Below, piece by piece: positions 54,281-64,000 of a DNA stretch of 64,000 bases. The notes beneath the pieces are model-generated. The model was not told the origin of the DNA, made no database searches, and worked only from the letters and a program-made list of their open reading frames with translations. The stretch spans positions 66,199,315 through 66,263,314 of the forward strand of contig NC_068986.1 of NCBI RefSeq assembly GCF_001194135.2. Reading direction: 5' to 3'. The translations under genes were made by a program, and so were the position numbers. Each line of letters starts with the position of its first letter. The first letter of the stretch is position 1. This stretch comes from Octopus bimaculoides. Taxonomy: Eukaryota.

Positions 54281-54670
54281 AGGTGGTAAGTAGCTTGCTT
54301 ACCAACCACATGGTTCTGGGTTCAGTCTCACTGCGTGGCACCTCAGGCAAGTGTCTTCTACTATAACCTTGGGCCGACCAAAGCCTTGTGAGTGGATTTG
54401 GTAGACGGAAACTGAAAGAAGCCCGTCGTATATATTCATATGTATATATGCATGTGTGTGTGTATGTTTGTGTGTTTGTGTTTGACCCCCCAACTTCGCT
54501 TGACAACCGATGCTGGTGTGTTTACGTCCCCCGTAACTTAGCGGTTCAGCAAAAGTGACCGATAGAATAAGTACTAGGCTTACAAAGAATAAGTCCGGGG
54601 TCGATTTGTTCGACTAAAGGCGATGCTCCAGCATGGCCGCAGTCAAATGACTGAAGCAAGTAAAAAAGTA
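54281..54670 (+). mobile_element. Young full-length SINE family 1
   Basis: GTGGTAAGTAGCTTGCTTACCAACCACATGG..GGGCCGACCAAAGCC..GCATGGCCGCAGTCAAATGACTG with CpGs intact. Confidence 0.92.
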
Positions 54671-54724
54671 AAAGAGACCCCCAAGGGTCATATGGACCCT
54701 GATTGAGAACCATTTGACTAAGGT

Positions 54725-55015
54725 CATGCTGGCTCACTGCCTTGAAGGGTTTTAGTCAAAAAAATTGACACCAGTACTTATGTTTTAATGCCTGGTACAT
54801 TTTTCTATCAGTATCTCTTGTCAAACTGCTAAGTTACAGGGATGTAAACAAACCTACACTGGTTGACAGCTTCTTTTAGTGTCCATCTACCAAATCCACT
54901 CACAAAGCTTTGGTCCAGGGCTAGTGCAGAAGACATATGCACAAGATGCTATGCAGTGGGACTGAACCCAGAATCGTGTAGTTGGGAAGCATTTTGTTAA
55001 CCACACAGTCATGCA
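54725..55015 (-). mobile_element. Older SINE family 1, inverted relative to the preceding copy
   Basis: CATGCTGGCTCACTGCCTTGAAGGG..CTACCAAATCCACTCACAAAGCTTTGG..GGGACTGAACCCAGAA. Confidence 0.8.
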
Positions 55016-55140
55016 CTTGGAGGATACATTAAATCGTGCAACAAAAAGAACTTTCAAGCTGCTGGTACTTTAAAAAAAAAGTGATGAATGTGTAGAACAA
55101 ATTGAGGTGTTTAACAATAAAGTAAATGTGTTTAATTACA

Positions 55141-55430
55141 AAGCAAGCAAAAGATCACTTGAAGCTAAACTGGATAACATCATAGAAGGATGAGGCAAGC
55201 TGGACACTGCATCAGACACAATGATGAAATTGCTAACAAGCTAGTGCTCTGGCAACCAATGGAAGGAAGTACCAGGAAAGGAAGACGACCTATATTGACA
55301 ACTTGCTGGAGGATACTGGTATGGAAGGGGTACAGGAGCTGAGGACCATTACGGAAGATCGAGATGAATGGGGAAAACGTATGGAAACAGTCTTGGGGCA
55401 TCCTGTGGGATGACCTAGATAGATCAGTTC
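55141..55430 (+). mobile_element. RTE-type LINE 3' coding end
   Basis: RRMRQAGHCIRHNDEIANKLVLWQPMEGSTRKGRR then YIDNLLEDTG..ELRTITEDRDEW resembles the C-terminus of RTE-clade ORF2. Confidence 0.75.
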
Positions 55431-55879
55431 GAATATGCAAGTGGATAGCTGAAACAAAGTTATCTTAATTCTACAGAACTTTTAGTATTAATCAAGATTT
55501 GTTTAATTCAACTCCTAGTAGTTAATTTGCCTTTTACTCATTAGCTGAGACAGAATGTACCACCAAACACAATAATGTTAAAGAAATCACTACCATTAGC
55601 ATTCCAATTTATTTGTTCAGTTATGTGCCTTATGGCACAAAAACAAAGCAGTGTTATTTTTGAGCATGTAAAATAAAAAAGAAAAGAATGGGAGATGATA
55701 TAAAAAATAAAATGATCTATCAGAAATACAGATTATCCTAAAGAGGAATTGAACCAAAAGACCAAACTTAGAATGGATGAAGTGAGTGATGTAAGTAAAT
55801 ATGACTATCATTAATTCAGATAAATTTGTATTTAACAGTTAAAAGGAAATTGATGTTTATTCTAATAAGAAAGAACTGG

Positions 55880-57340
55880 AGACCTTTTTAAAGTTGGTGA
55901 TATTTTAGGTCAATGTTTGCCAAAATATTCTGAAATGGTGGAATAATTTGCAAACTGCACAGTGCATTTGGTATAGTCTTATTGAGAAACTTGCTACAAA
56001 TGTATTTGATGCCAACAAAATTGTCCTATTGACAACTGATGCCAGTGAAAAATCTATATCAGTGATTTTATCACAATGCTATTTCATTATGGAGATTAAT
56101 TGCTGTTGACTTTATTCAAGCATTGACATTTATATAGACCACAAACACAGCCCATCAAATTTGTTTACTAAGTAAAAAACCCTTGAGTTCATCTAAGTCA
56201 GTGATTCTCAACTAGGGTTCCCATGACCCTTGGGGGTTCATACAAGATTTTGTTGATAAAGTTTATTTGCAATTAATTGGTTATATTTCTATAATACACA
56301 AAATATTTTATAGTTTGTTTTTTTTTTATAGAATTCCTAATAAAATTTAATCATAAAAATGTAATGGGATTTTTTTAAACATCAAATTAGTATGGGGGAC
56401 CAGTTGAGTAAAATAAGAATCAAAGGGGTCCATAGATAAAAAAAAATGGTTGAGAGCCACTGATCTAAGCAAAGAACTTCAAAAGGTTATTTCTTCAAGA
56501 ATACTGAGGTGGACCAACCAAACACTTGACAGTATTTAATTTTAATATCAAAATTCAAGGGAAATTCCATTTCTGACATTGACACACTGTTCACTAAATT
56601 TTAGACAGCAACTGCAGAATACAAGTTCAGGTTGATGATTATTTCATACACTAAATAGGAACTGATGTGTAATGTCAAGGTAGTCTTGTTTCAAAACACT
56701 GCATAATCCAGCATGACATAAACATCGTTTCCAGACTGAAAAAGAATGTCTGCAGAAATTGCTCTGAGACTGAAACATTTTGTAAGTGTGTCAAACATAA
56801 ATTAACACAGAAAATGATATTCTTTACCATGGTGATCTCAATGTTTCACCTGAAGTATCTAGGAAGCAAATTAGTAAAAGTATTCATAATGATGTTCATT
56901 ATAGCATTACTGCTATGCAATTGCATAAAAATTGAAGCATGGTGTTCAGGCTATTCACACTGCACCGAGGACTACATATTTAAATGTCCTAAATGAGTGA
57001 AAATAAATGTTTAAATAAACAGGCTCCATTCACAGCCCAAGAGTTACGCCCTTAAACAATAATAGATCATGACCATGTTAATGGTATCAGTCATCACATC
57101 GGATTATCACACTGGATTCCTTTCCAGGGTGGTCAGAAATTATTTGTGCTCCTGATTGGAAGAAGTCAACTGAAAACAGGTGTTACAAAGTAAATTTTCA
57201 CTCAGAAAGGTTTTGGTATTAAACAATACCCCTGCATTTTCATAACAGTAGTCTGTTTAGGCTGCATTTCCTTACAAAACACCCCCTTATCACCTGCAGT
57301 CAAATGAGACTGCAGAATGAATGGTTCAAACATTTAAAAT
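55880..57340 (+). mobile_element. Highly decayed Ty3/gypsy pol remnant (RNase H and integrase)
   Basis: FDANKIVLLTTDASEKSISVILSQ (RNase H TDAS motif, about 56005-56075) and KTPPYHLQSNETAE*MVQTFK (integrase PYHPQSNG.AER motif, about 57275-57340). Confidence 0.75.
56199..56462. mobile_element. hAT-family MITE nested in the gypsy remnant
   Basis: TIR CAGTGATTCTCAAC / GTTGAGAGCCACTG; 8-bp TSD ATCTAAGT (56191-56198) / ATCTAAGC (56463-56470). Confidence 0.85.
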
Positions 57341-57950
57341 GGAGTTAAGGGTGTTTTCACTTCAGGGCAAACAATCAATTACTGCTTAATTATTTATAAA
57401 TAATAGTCCTCATGTTGACAGGTTAAAAAGTCATTTTGCTTAGAATAGGAATCATGTCCTATTCCAAGACATGAATCTTGCTTATGATTCATGTCTATAG
57501 ATGAGCAGATGTGCAGTTATAAAAACATAAAAAATAACTGTTCAGCAGCAGAAATTACTATCTTTGTAATGCAAGCTGGAAACAACAATGTTATGGTTAC
57601 AAATGATGGGATTGGAACATTGATTGGATAATGCTGATGATTAAAACTTGAACCTTGAAACAAATGTGGAGGATGGTGATGGTGTACATTGTGAGGTAGT
57701 GCATCTCCTATTTTCAGAAAAACTTGTATTGATAATGTGGACAGGATTACACCTAATGTGAAAATTAAAAATATTCAATCTACCTAGTGTTTTAAGCTCT
57801 TGTGTTTCAAGAGGTAAAGATACTTGTGTTATACAGTGTTATTGTAGAAACAAGGGACTCATGAATAATCTACACTTTATTATCTTTGTGTGTATGCATG
57901 TGTGTGTGTGTGCACACACACAAAGATAATGCATGCTCACACACACACAC

Positions 57951-58959
57951 GTGTACATTCTAAAAGTTTTAAGACTTTTTAGTAGAAGCAGTTATAACTG
58001 GTCTAGATTATTATAATTTTAGTATGTCATTACTATACTTCTAAGAATCTGGCCTGACAACTTCTGTTATTCCAGATTGAAGGAGATAGCTGTAACACCA
58101 CTTTAAACACAACCTACTAAACAATGCTTGTCACAGCTGATTAGTCAGCAGAATGCAGTCAGGACATTGAAAAACTCACTATGCAGTAAAGTTTTGTGTT
58201 CAACTGGGCAAAAATGCTGTAGAAACTTTTGAGATGTTCCAGATTACTTATGGATCAACTTTTTCTCTACAACAAGAGGTTCAAGGACAGTAGAGAGGAG
58301 GTGAGAGACAATGAGAAGTGTGGGAGGGAGAGGGACATCAGATCATCAGAGCTGGTTGAGTATTTTGCAATTTACTGGATGAAGATTGTCACATGTCTAT
58401 AAAGACAATAAGCATACAGTTTGGAATTTGTATAGCAAATGTACACAGAAACATTCATGAATATCTGAACATGTGCATAGTTTGTTTCAAGGGGGCTCAA
58501 TGAAGAGCATCCTGGTAACCAGTTACTTGACTGAGACGGACATCAAAATTGTCCCTCATCCATCCTACAGTCCAGACATGCTCCCCATGATTTCTGAAGG
58601 AAAACCTCAGGGACAGCTATTTTGAAGATGAAGGAGACTGTGACAAAGGTCCTGGACACCTTCAATATGGAGGACTTCCATGGAGCCTTCACAAAGTAGC
58701 TGGAGCACTACAAGAGCATTGAAGTGAGAGGACACTGCTGTAACTAGAGTGTGTGCCGCCTACAGGCTGCCACAAAGAATACATAATGCCTACAGCTGAC
58801 CCAAAAGTGGTACCACCCCCATAAAAATGCTGCCCGGGGTAGATCCCCCTCCCCTCTAGCTACCCTAGCGTCAGAGGATCCTTCTTAGGAGATTAGAGTT
58901 TTGTACTTCTTTGAAATTAATGTCTCCTCTGAAAAAGTCTCAAAACTTCTGGAATGCAC
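57951..58959 (+). mobile_element. Internally deleted mariner element with both TIRs
   Basis: TIRs GTACATTCTAAAAGTTTTAAGACTTTTT / AAAAAGTCTCAAAACTTCTGGAATGCAC. It contains HYAVKFCVQLGKNAVETFEMFQITYG, a PYSPDM motif and VTKVLDTFNMEDFHGAFTK, plus a nested small insertion at about 58735-58882. Confidence 0.85.
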
Positions 58960-60720
58960 ATTGCGTGCGTGCGTGTGCCCGTGCGAGTGCATGCACAGTT
59001 GAGACCATTTTAATATGTACTATATTAAACGTTCAGTGTATACTGGTAGTTCTTTTTACACAAATGTATATACTTGAATTATTTAGTTTATTGTCATAAA
59101 TAAATTTACCTCAGTGTAAGTTTTTATATCCCATAAATTATCACTAAATAATAGTTTATATCAACTAAGAAAAAATAAAATCTGTACATACACATCCCTT
59201 ATAATTCAAGTGCTGTAGAATATTTAATTGCAGAATATTTGTAACAGAATGTCAACCGAATATTTCTTAAAACATCGACGCAATGAAGAGAGAGAGGGGG
59301 GGGGGTTCGACAAAGTCATGGGAAAGTTGTTCAGACAGTTAAAAATGTTTCACACGCTATCTGGTTTCCTAGATAGCGTCAGAAACAATCTTTTAGTGAA
59401 TGAATGGCTTTCTAACCATTCCTCACCATTCTGCACGACTGCCTTCACAACATACATCGATTGACATAAATATCAGCAGAAGCAGAGACAAAGAACTAAA
59501 AGTAATGATGGCTTTAAAAAAATAATCTAATTTACTTGTAGCAGTCCTGTGGCTTTCTTTTTTAAGCGATTCATCATAAATATTCTGCCTAGCAATAAAC
59601 TAATATTACCACGATCCAAAGAGAGAGCCTCGTCACTAGACCTGCTAGAAAAAGTAATCAAATCTTCTACAAAGCACACTACAATCTTTAAAAAAATATG
59701 TACATTAGGCAGTAAGCTTTATATTCGATGTACCCTAAAAAAAACAAAAAGGAATTAAACAGTTGTGATTGAAATGCCTTTTCTTTATAAATATTCTCAA
59801 CCAGGGTCCACTTCCAGCTAGAAATCTATAAATAAATATTTCATTACTTGTCAAAAACTTAAACGACGCAGAAAAAATGGTTTAAATCACTAAATTCTTT
59901 TTCGCAATTTAGTCTACATGTATCTGTACAATAATAGTTGTCCGATTCGATTAATTATTGTCGTTGTTCTCAAATTTCAAAAGCTATCTCATTGAATCTT
60001 ATACACTTAGTTTGTAAAATTAACTTTTACATCTGTGCAACCTAGTGCTAACAAGAATTTAATTCAATTTACTATAAAATTAACAGACATAACTACAGAT
60101 ATGTGCCCCGCCTCGATTTTATAACTTTCTGAAAAATATATATTTCTCTAATGAAATTTTCCTGACATACATTTTACATAGTGTAGACTTAAGGATATAT
60201 CAAAATATGTAATGAAAAAAGTTTTTTTTTTTTTTCTGGAGAGGTGGAAAGTATCGGATAATTCACACACCTATTTGTTTCCTCATAAGTTTTTGGAAAT
60301 AGGATATCTTGTGTTAAAATTGTCTACATATATGGCGCAGGCGTGGATCTGTTTAAGAAGTTTGCTTCCCACTACGTGACATCTTGGGTAAGTGTCTTTC
60401 CACCAACCAAAGTCTTGTGAGTGGATTTGAGNNNNNNNNNNNNNNNNNNNNNNNNNNNNNNNNNNNNNNNNNNNNNNNNNNNNNNNNNNNNNNNNNNNNN
60501 NNNNNNNNNNNNNNNNNNNNNNNNNNNNNNNNNNNNNNNNNNNNNNNNNNNNNNNNNNNNNNNNNNNNNNNNNNNNNNNNNNNNNNNNNNNNNNATAACA
60601 GGCTTTACGAAATAAGCACAGGGGTCGATTCGTTCAACTAAATTTCTTAAAGGTGGTGCATCAGCATGGCTGCATTCTAATGACTGAAACAAGTAAAAAA
60701 AATAAATAAAGAGATATATT

Positions 60721-60890
60721 TTAGGTTACGACTGTCTTGGAATTTGATGTGAAAGAAAAAAATGGGTTGCGGTTCGGATAATTCACAACTTTGTTCCCAC
60801 ACACGTTTTGATGAGGTGTGTGAATTATCCGCCCCCGTTCCCACACCATTTTTCTCTTCCACATCAAATTCTGATATGATCGTAACTTAC
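60721..60890. mobile_element. Fold-back MITE-like element
   Basis: Inverted pairs AATTTGATGTGAAAGAAAAAAATGG / CCATTTTTCTCTTCCACATCAAATT and CGGATAATTCACA / TGTGAATTATCCG. Confidence 0.7.
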
Positions 60891-60899
60891 ACCACCTGA

Positions 60900-61213
60900 A
60901 GAGTATCTGTTGAAAGTTTTACTTGAAAATATCGCTTTTTCACAAAGTTATGAGGAAGCAAAATCAGAGCTAGGCATACATTTGGAGTTATGCCAAAAAA
61001 TCTTCCAAATAATAACCAGAATTCTTGTCCGGTACCGGATCGATCCCAAAATCTAATCAGCTCGTGCCAGTCACGAGGCCAAACATCCCTGAAAGTTTCA
61101 TTCGAATCCCTCCAGCGGTTCTTGAGATATCTTGTCCACGGACAAACTAACGAACAAAACAACAAACAAACACGACTAAAAACAATACCTCCACATTCGC
61201 TAGAGCGGAGGTT
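60900..61213 (+). mobile_element. Helentron-associated non-autonomous element (HINE/DINE-1-like)
   Basis: CCGGATCGATCCCAAAATCTAATCAG core, (ACAA)n microsatellite and 3' subterminal hairpin ACCTCC..GGAGGT (61187-61212). The family assignment is from recalled architecture. Confidence 0.5.
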
Positions 61214-61534
61214 TGTGACAGTGAAATAGTAGAATCTGAGGAAACTATTGACACTCTGCCTCATAAGTATAGTGATGTAAATAACTCAAGCGGTGGAATA
61301 TATTTTATGCCGTGGGGAAGAAGAAAAATCTAATGTTTCAGACAGAACCCTTCGTCATAGAGAAACGAAACGATTCAGACTGGAACAGCTCCAACCGAAG
61401 TATTCAGCTCGAGACGTTAGACTTTTCTTTCTCGCGGCAAATGATTTATTGAACTGTTTGAACTCTTTACAAATTAATTGTTTGACTTTAAGAGCAAAAA
61501 TTTAAACGCAAACAAGAATTAAGTATTTTCTTTT

Positions 61535-61876
61535 ATTTTTTACTTATTTCAGTCATTAGACTAGCCATACTGGGGTACCGCCTTGAATTTTTAGTCGAAA
61601 GAATCGATCCCAGCATTTTTTTAAGGTACTTATATTATCGGTTTCTTTTGTCGAACCTCTAAGTTATAGGGACGTAAACGTAGCAACACATGTTGTGGGG
61701 AGCTTCTTCAAACACACACACACATATATACGACGGGGTTCTTACAGTTTCTCTATACCAAGGTTTTGGTCGGCTCGAGGCTATATAGTAGAAGTCACTT
61801 GCCCAAGGTGCCACGCAGTAGGACTGAACCCGGAACCATGTGGTTGGAAAGCAAGCTTCTTACCACATAGCCATGT
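61535..61876 (-). mobile_element. SINE family 1 with CpGs retained
   Basis: CTTATTTCAGTCATTAGAC tail ... GGAACCATGTGGTTGGAAAGCAAGCTTCTTACCACATAGCC head in reverse orientation. Confidence 0.85.
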
Positions 61877-63388
61877 GTGAATTATAAGTGAGAGAAGTAG
61901 TTAAATTTCTTCTAGCCACTTAAATTTCAAAAAAATTTCATTTTTCTCAAACTTTCTGATGACGAAACTAATTTTCGTCACCAGCATGCAAAAAACTACA
62001 TCAAAACCACACTTTTTAAAGTATGGTGTAAAAGTTTCAAGTGGTTGAAAGAAATTTAACAAGATCCAATGAATGGATAAATTGGGAGAAATTAAATCAT
62101 ACAAGTTTATTTAATAAAAATTCTCNNNNNNNNNNNNNNNNNNNNNNNNNNNNNNNNNNNNNNNNNNNNNNNNNNNNNNNNNNNNNNNNNNNNNNNNNNN
62201 NNNNNNNNNNNNNNNNNNNNNNNNNNNNNNNNNNNNNNNNNNNNNNNNNNNNNNNNNNNNNNNNNNNNNNNNNNNNNNNNNNNNNNNNNNNNNNNNNNNN
62301 NNNNNNNNNNNNNNNNNNNNNNNNNNNNNNNNNNNNNNNNNNNNNNNNNNNNNNNNNNNNNNNNNNNNNNNNNNNNNNNNNNNNNNNNNNNNNNNNNNNN
62401 NNNNNNNNNNNNNNNNNNNNNNNNNNNNNNNNNNNNNNNNNNNNNNNNNNNNNNNNNNNNNNNNNNNNNNNNNNNNNNNNNNNNNNNNNNNNNNNNNNNN
62501 NNNNNNNNNNNNNNNNNNNNNNNNNNNNNNNATATATATATATATATATATATATAAAACGAAAAGTTTACTTTTTATATTTTGTTCGGTATTTTGACTC
62601 TGGTATAAAACTAGCAGTACAAACATTGAGATAACAATTTTCTCAAGTTTCAACTTGAAAACAATGAAAATCTGTTGGAAAGAAACTATTTTAATCAATT
62701 CTAAATCTATTACAACACTGATCTTAAAATTGGTATCTCAATTAGAAAGCAATTGTTTTATCTACCACCAGCTTCCCCACTAATTCTTCTGACAGCTTTT
62801 GTTCTCTGTAACCTCCAGCAAATTATCTAAATTTCGAATTGACTGAAATGCTTTCAAAACTCATTCTGAGTGATGTACATTGGATCACTACATAATTTCA
62901 CAACAGTATTCTTTATATTGATAACTATTTTTGATATAACATTGGAGGAGACGATCGAGCGCAGAACGTCAGATTACAGACTTTGCTAAAAAAAAAAAAA
63001 ATCCGGTTCACTTGTAACTAAATTTGTGTTCAAATCCCAGTTAAGTCGTCTATTTCATTCATATTCCTGGATTCCATAGGGTAAGGGATCTATTGTAGGA
63101 CACCCAAGAAAAATAATAAAAGTATTAGTACAGTGCGTTTTCTATAATATGAAAAGTTCTTTCAAGAAAATATATACAGCACAGAAAGTGGTAATCCTGA
63201 ATACGGGGTTCTCTGAAGTAAATGGTGTGAGAAAAATTCCACCGAAATTATATTTAGTTAAAACTTTCAGACAATTTTCACTTGTATCCTTCCTTTTCCT
63301 ATATTTATACATTACTGTCACCATCATACTGACTATAGACACATTGGGTGTGTACTTGGTAATTATCGAGATTCCAAAAGCAAAAAAA

Positions 63389-63537
63389 GGCAATTTTTCA
63401 GATTAACACCAGCACTTTCTTCACTAGAGTGTTAGGGTTACGGTAACGGTTAGGGAATTCCGTCCCTAACCGTAACCCTAAACACTAACCCTAAAACCCT
63501 AGTGAAGATCGTGCGGGTATTAATCTGAAAAATTACC
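63389..63537. mobile_element. Palindromic MITE-like element with TTAGGG/CCCTAA-like core
   Basis: GGCAATTTTTCAGATTAACACC..CTTCACTAG pairs with CTAGTGAAG..GGTATTAATCTGAAAAATTACC. The core GTTAGGGTTACGGT..ACGGTTAGGGA / TCCCTAACCGTAACCCTAAAC is also inverted. Confidence 0.75.
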
Positions 63538-64000
63538 CCCAAAAATACTATAGTAATATTTTCATTATTGAAGATACGTAGATTTCATTATTTTGCTCAA
63601 GAATTCTGCAACATGGTCAAATAAGTGCCTCATTTAAAATTTAAACAAAAAAATAAATAAATAACACGCTGAAGCGAATCAGTGCCCGACAATCGTGAGT
63701 TTTTACCTTTAAAAATGTTCCTTCATCAAGTCAAAAAGAGAGCCCCTACAATGGTCAAGGGCAAACAGCAGTCCGCGGGGACTTTCTGAATGGCACACCA
63801 AACGAAAAATTACCTTAAAACCTTTTTAGGAGTGCGGCCCACCGGATGATGAGCCTTGTTTCTCGAAAAAGGTTACCCATACATGCTCTACATAGTGACT
63901 CGACCCGCTAGAAAAAGCAGACCATTTTTCTTTCAATTTAAGGAAGTATACTAGAAAATAAAATTGGATGGCCACGGCTTAGCGCCTCTGAAGATAGATT

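Larger units (their letters stand above)
59200..61510 (-). promoter_or_regulatory. CpG-retaining region, putative promoter or first exon of a minus-strand gene
   Basis: CpGs rise abruptly in non-repeat sequence relative to 1-59 kb (judged by eye). Minus strand gcagaATG|gtgagg at 59427-59429 is a strong donor. An E2F-like TTTCTCGCGGCAAA lies at about 61428-61441. Confidence 0.35.

Noticed and set aside
59354-59379. Histone 3' stem-loop (TTTC loop)
   Set aside because: The stem does not match the GGYYYT..ARRRCC consensus and there is no histone ORF upstream.
63430-63500. Telomere-telomere fusion scar
   Set aside because: It has only a few degenerate units, embedded symmetrically within a TIR-bounded palindrome.
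63845-63875. ATGATGAG..CTCGAAA hammerhead-like core
   Set aside because: C3 is absent, stem II cannot form beyond one pair, and it lies in a repeat-like segment.

Overview
AT-rich eukaryotic (animal) genomic DNA with seven assembly gaps (8095-8424, 12855-13181, 39518-39970, 44664-44976, 52952-53365, 60432-60594, 62126-62530). The SINE and MITE families match those I recall from Octopus assemblies; this is an inference from memory and no search was run. I see no complete protein-coding gene, rRNA, tRNA gene or CRISPR array. Most long ORFs in the track are gap or microsatellite artefacts. The recognisable coding remnants are all transposon-derived: mariner (1-342, 57951-58959), Tc1 (53366-53779), Ty3/gypsy RNase H and integrase (55880-57340), RTE LINE pieces (52775-52951, 55141-55430) and a Penelope GIY-YIG domain (44337-44623). 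Numerous SINEs, TTAA-flanked MITEs, a hAT MITE and a Helentron-like element are also present. CpG depletion up to about 59.2 kb, CpG retention beyond it, and minus-strand splice-like signals suggest that most of the window is the body of a minus-strand gene whose 5' end lies near 59-61 kb. Its exons, if present, are very short, and I could not identify the product. The most unusual observations are a circularly permuted local duplication of about 0.5 kb (A-B ... B-A) with a 6-bp microhomology abutting the Penelope fragment, a degenerate hammerhead-like motif downstream of that fragment, and several long fold-back hairpins that would be dsRNA substrates.
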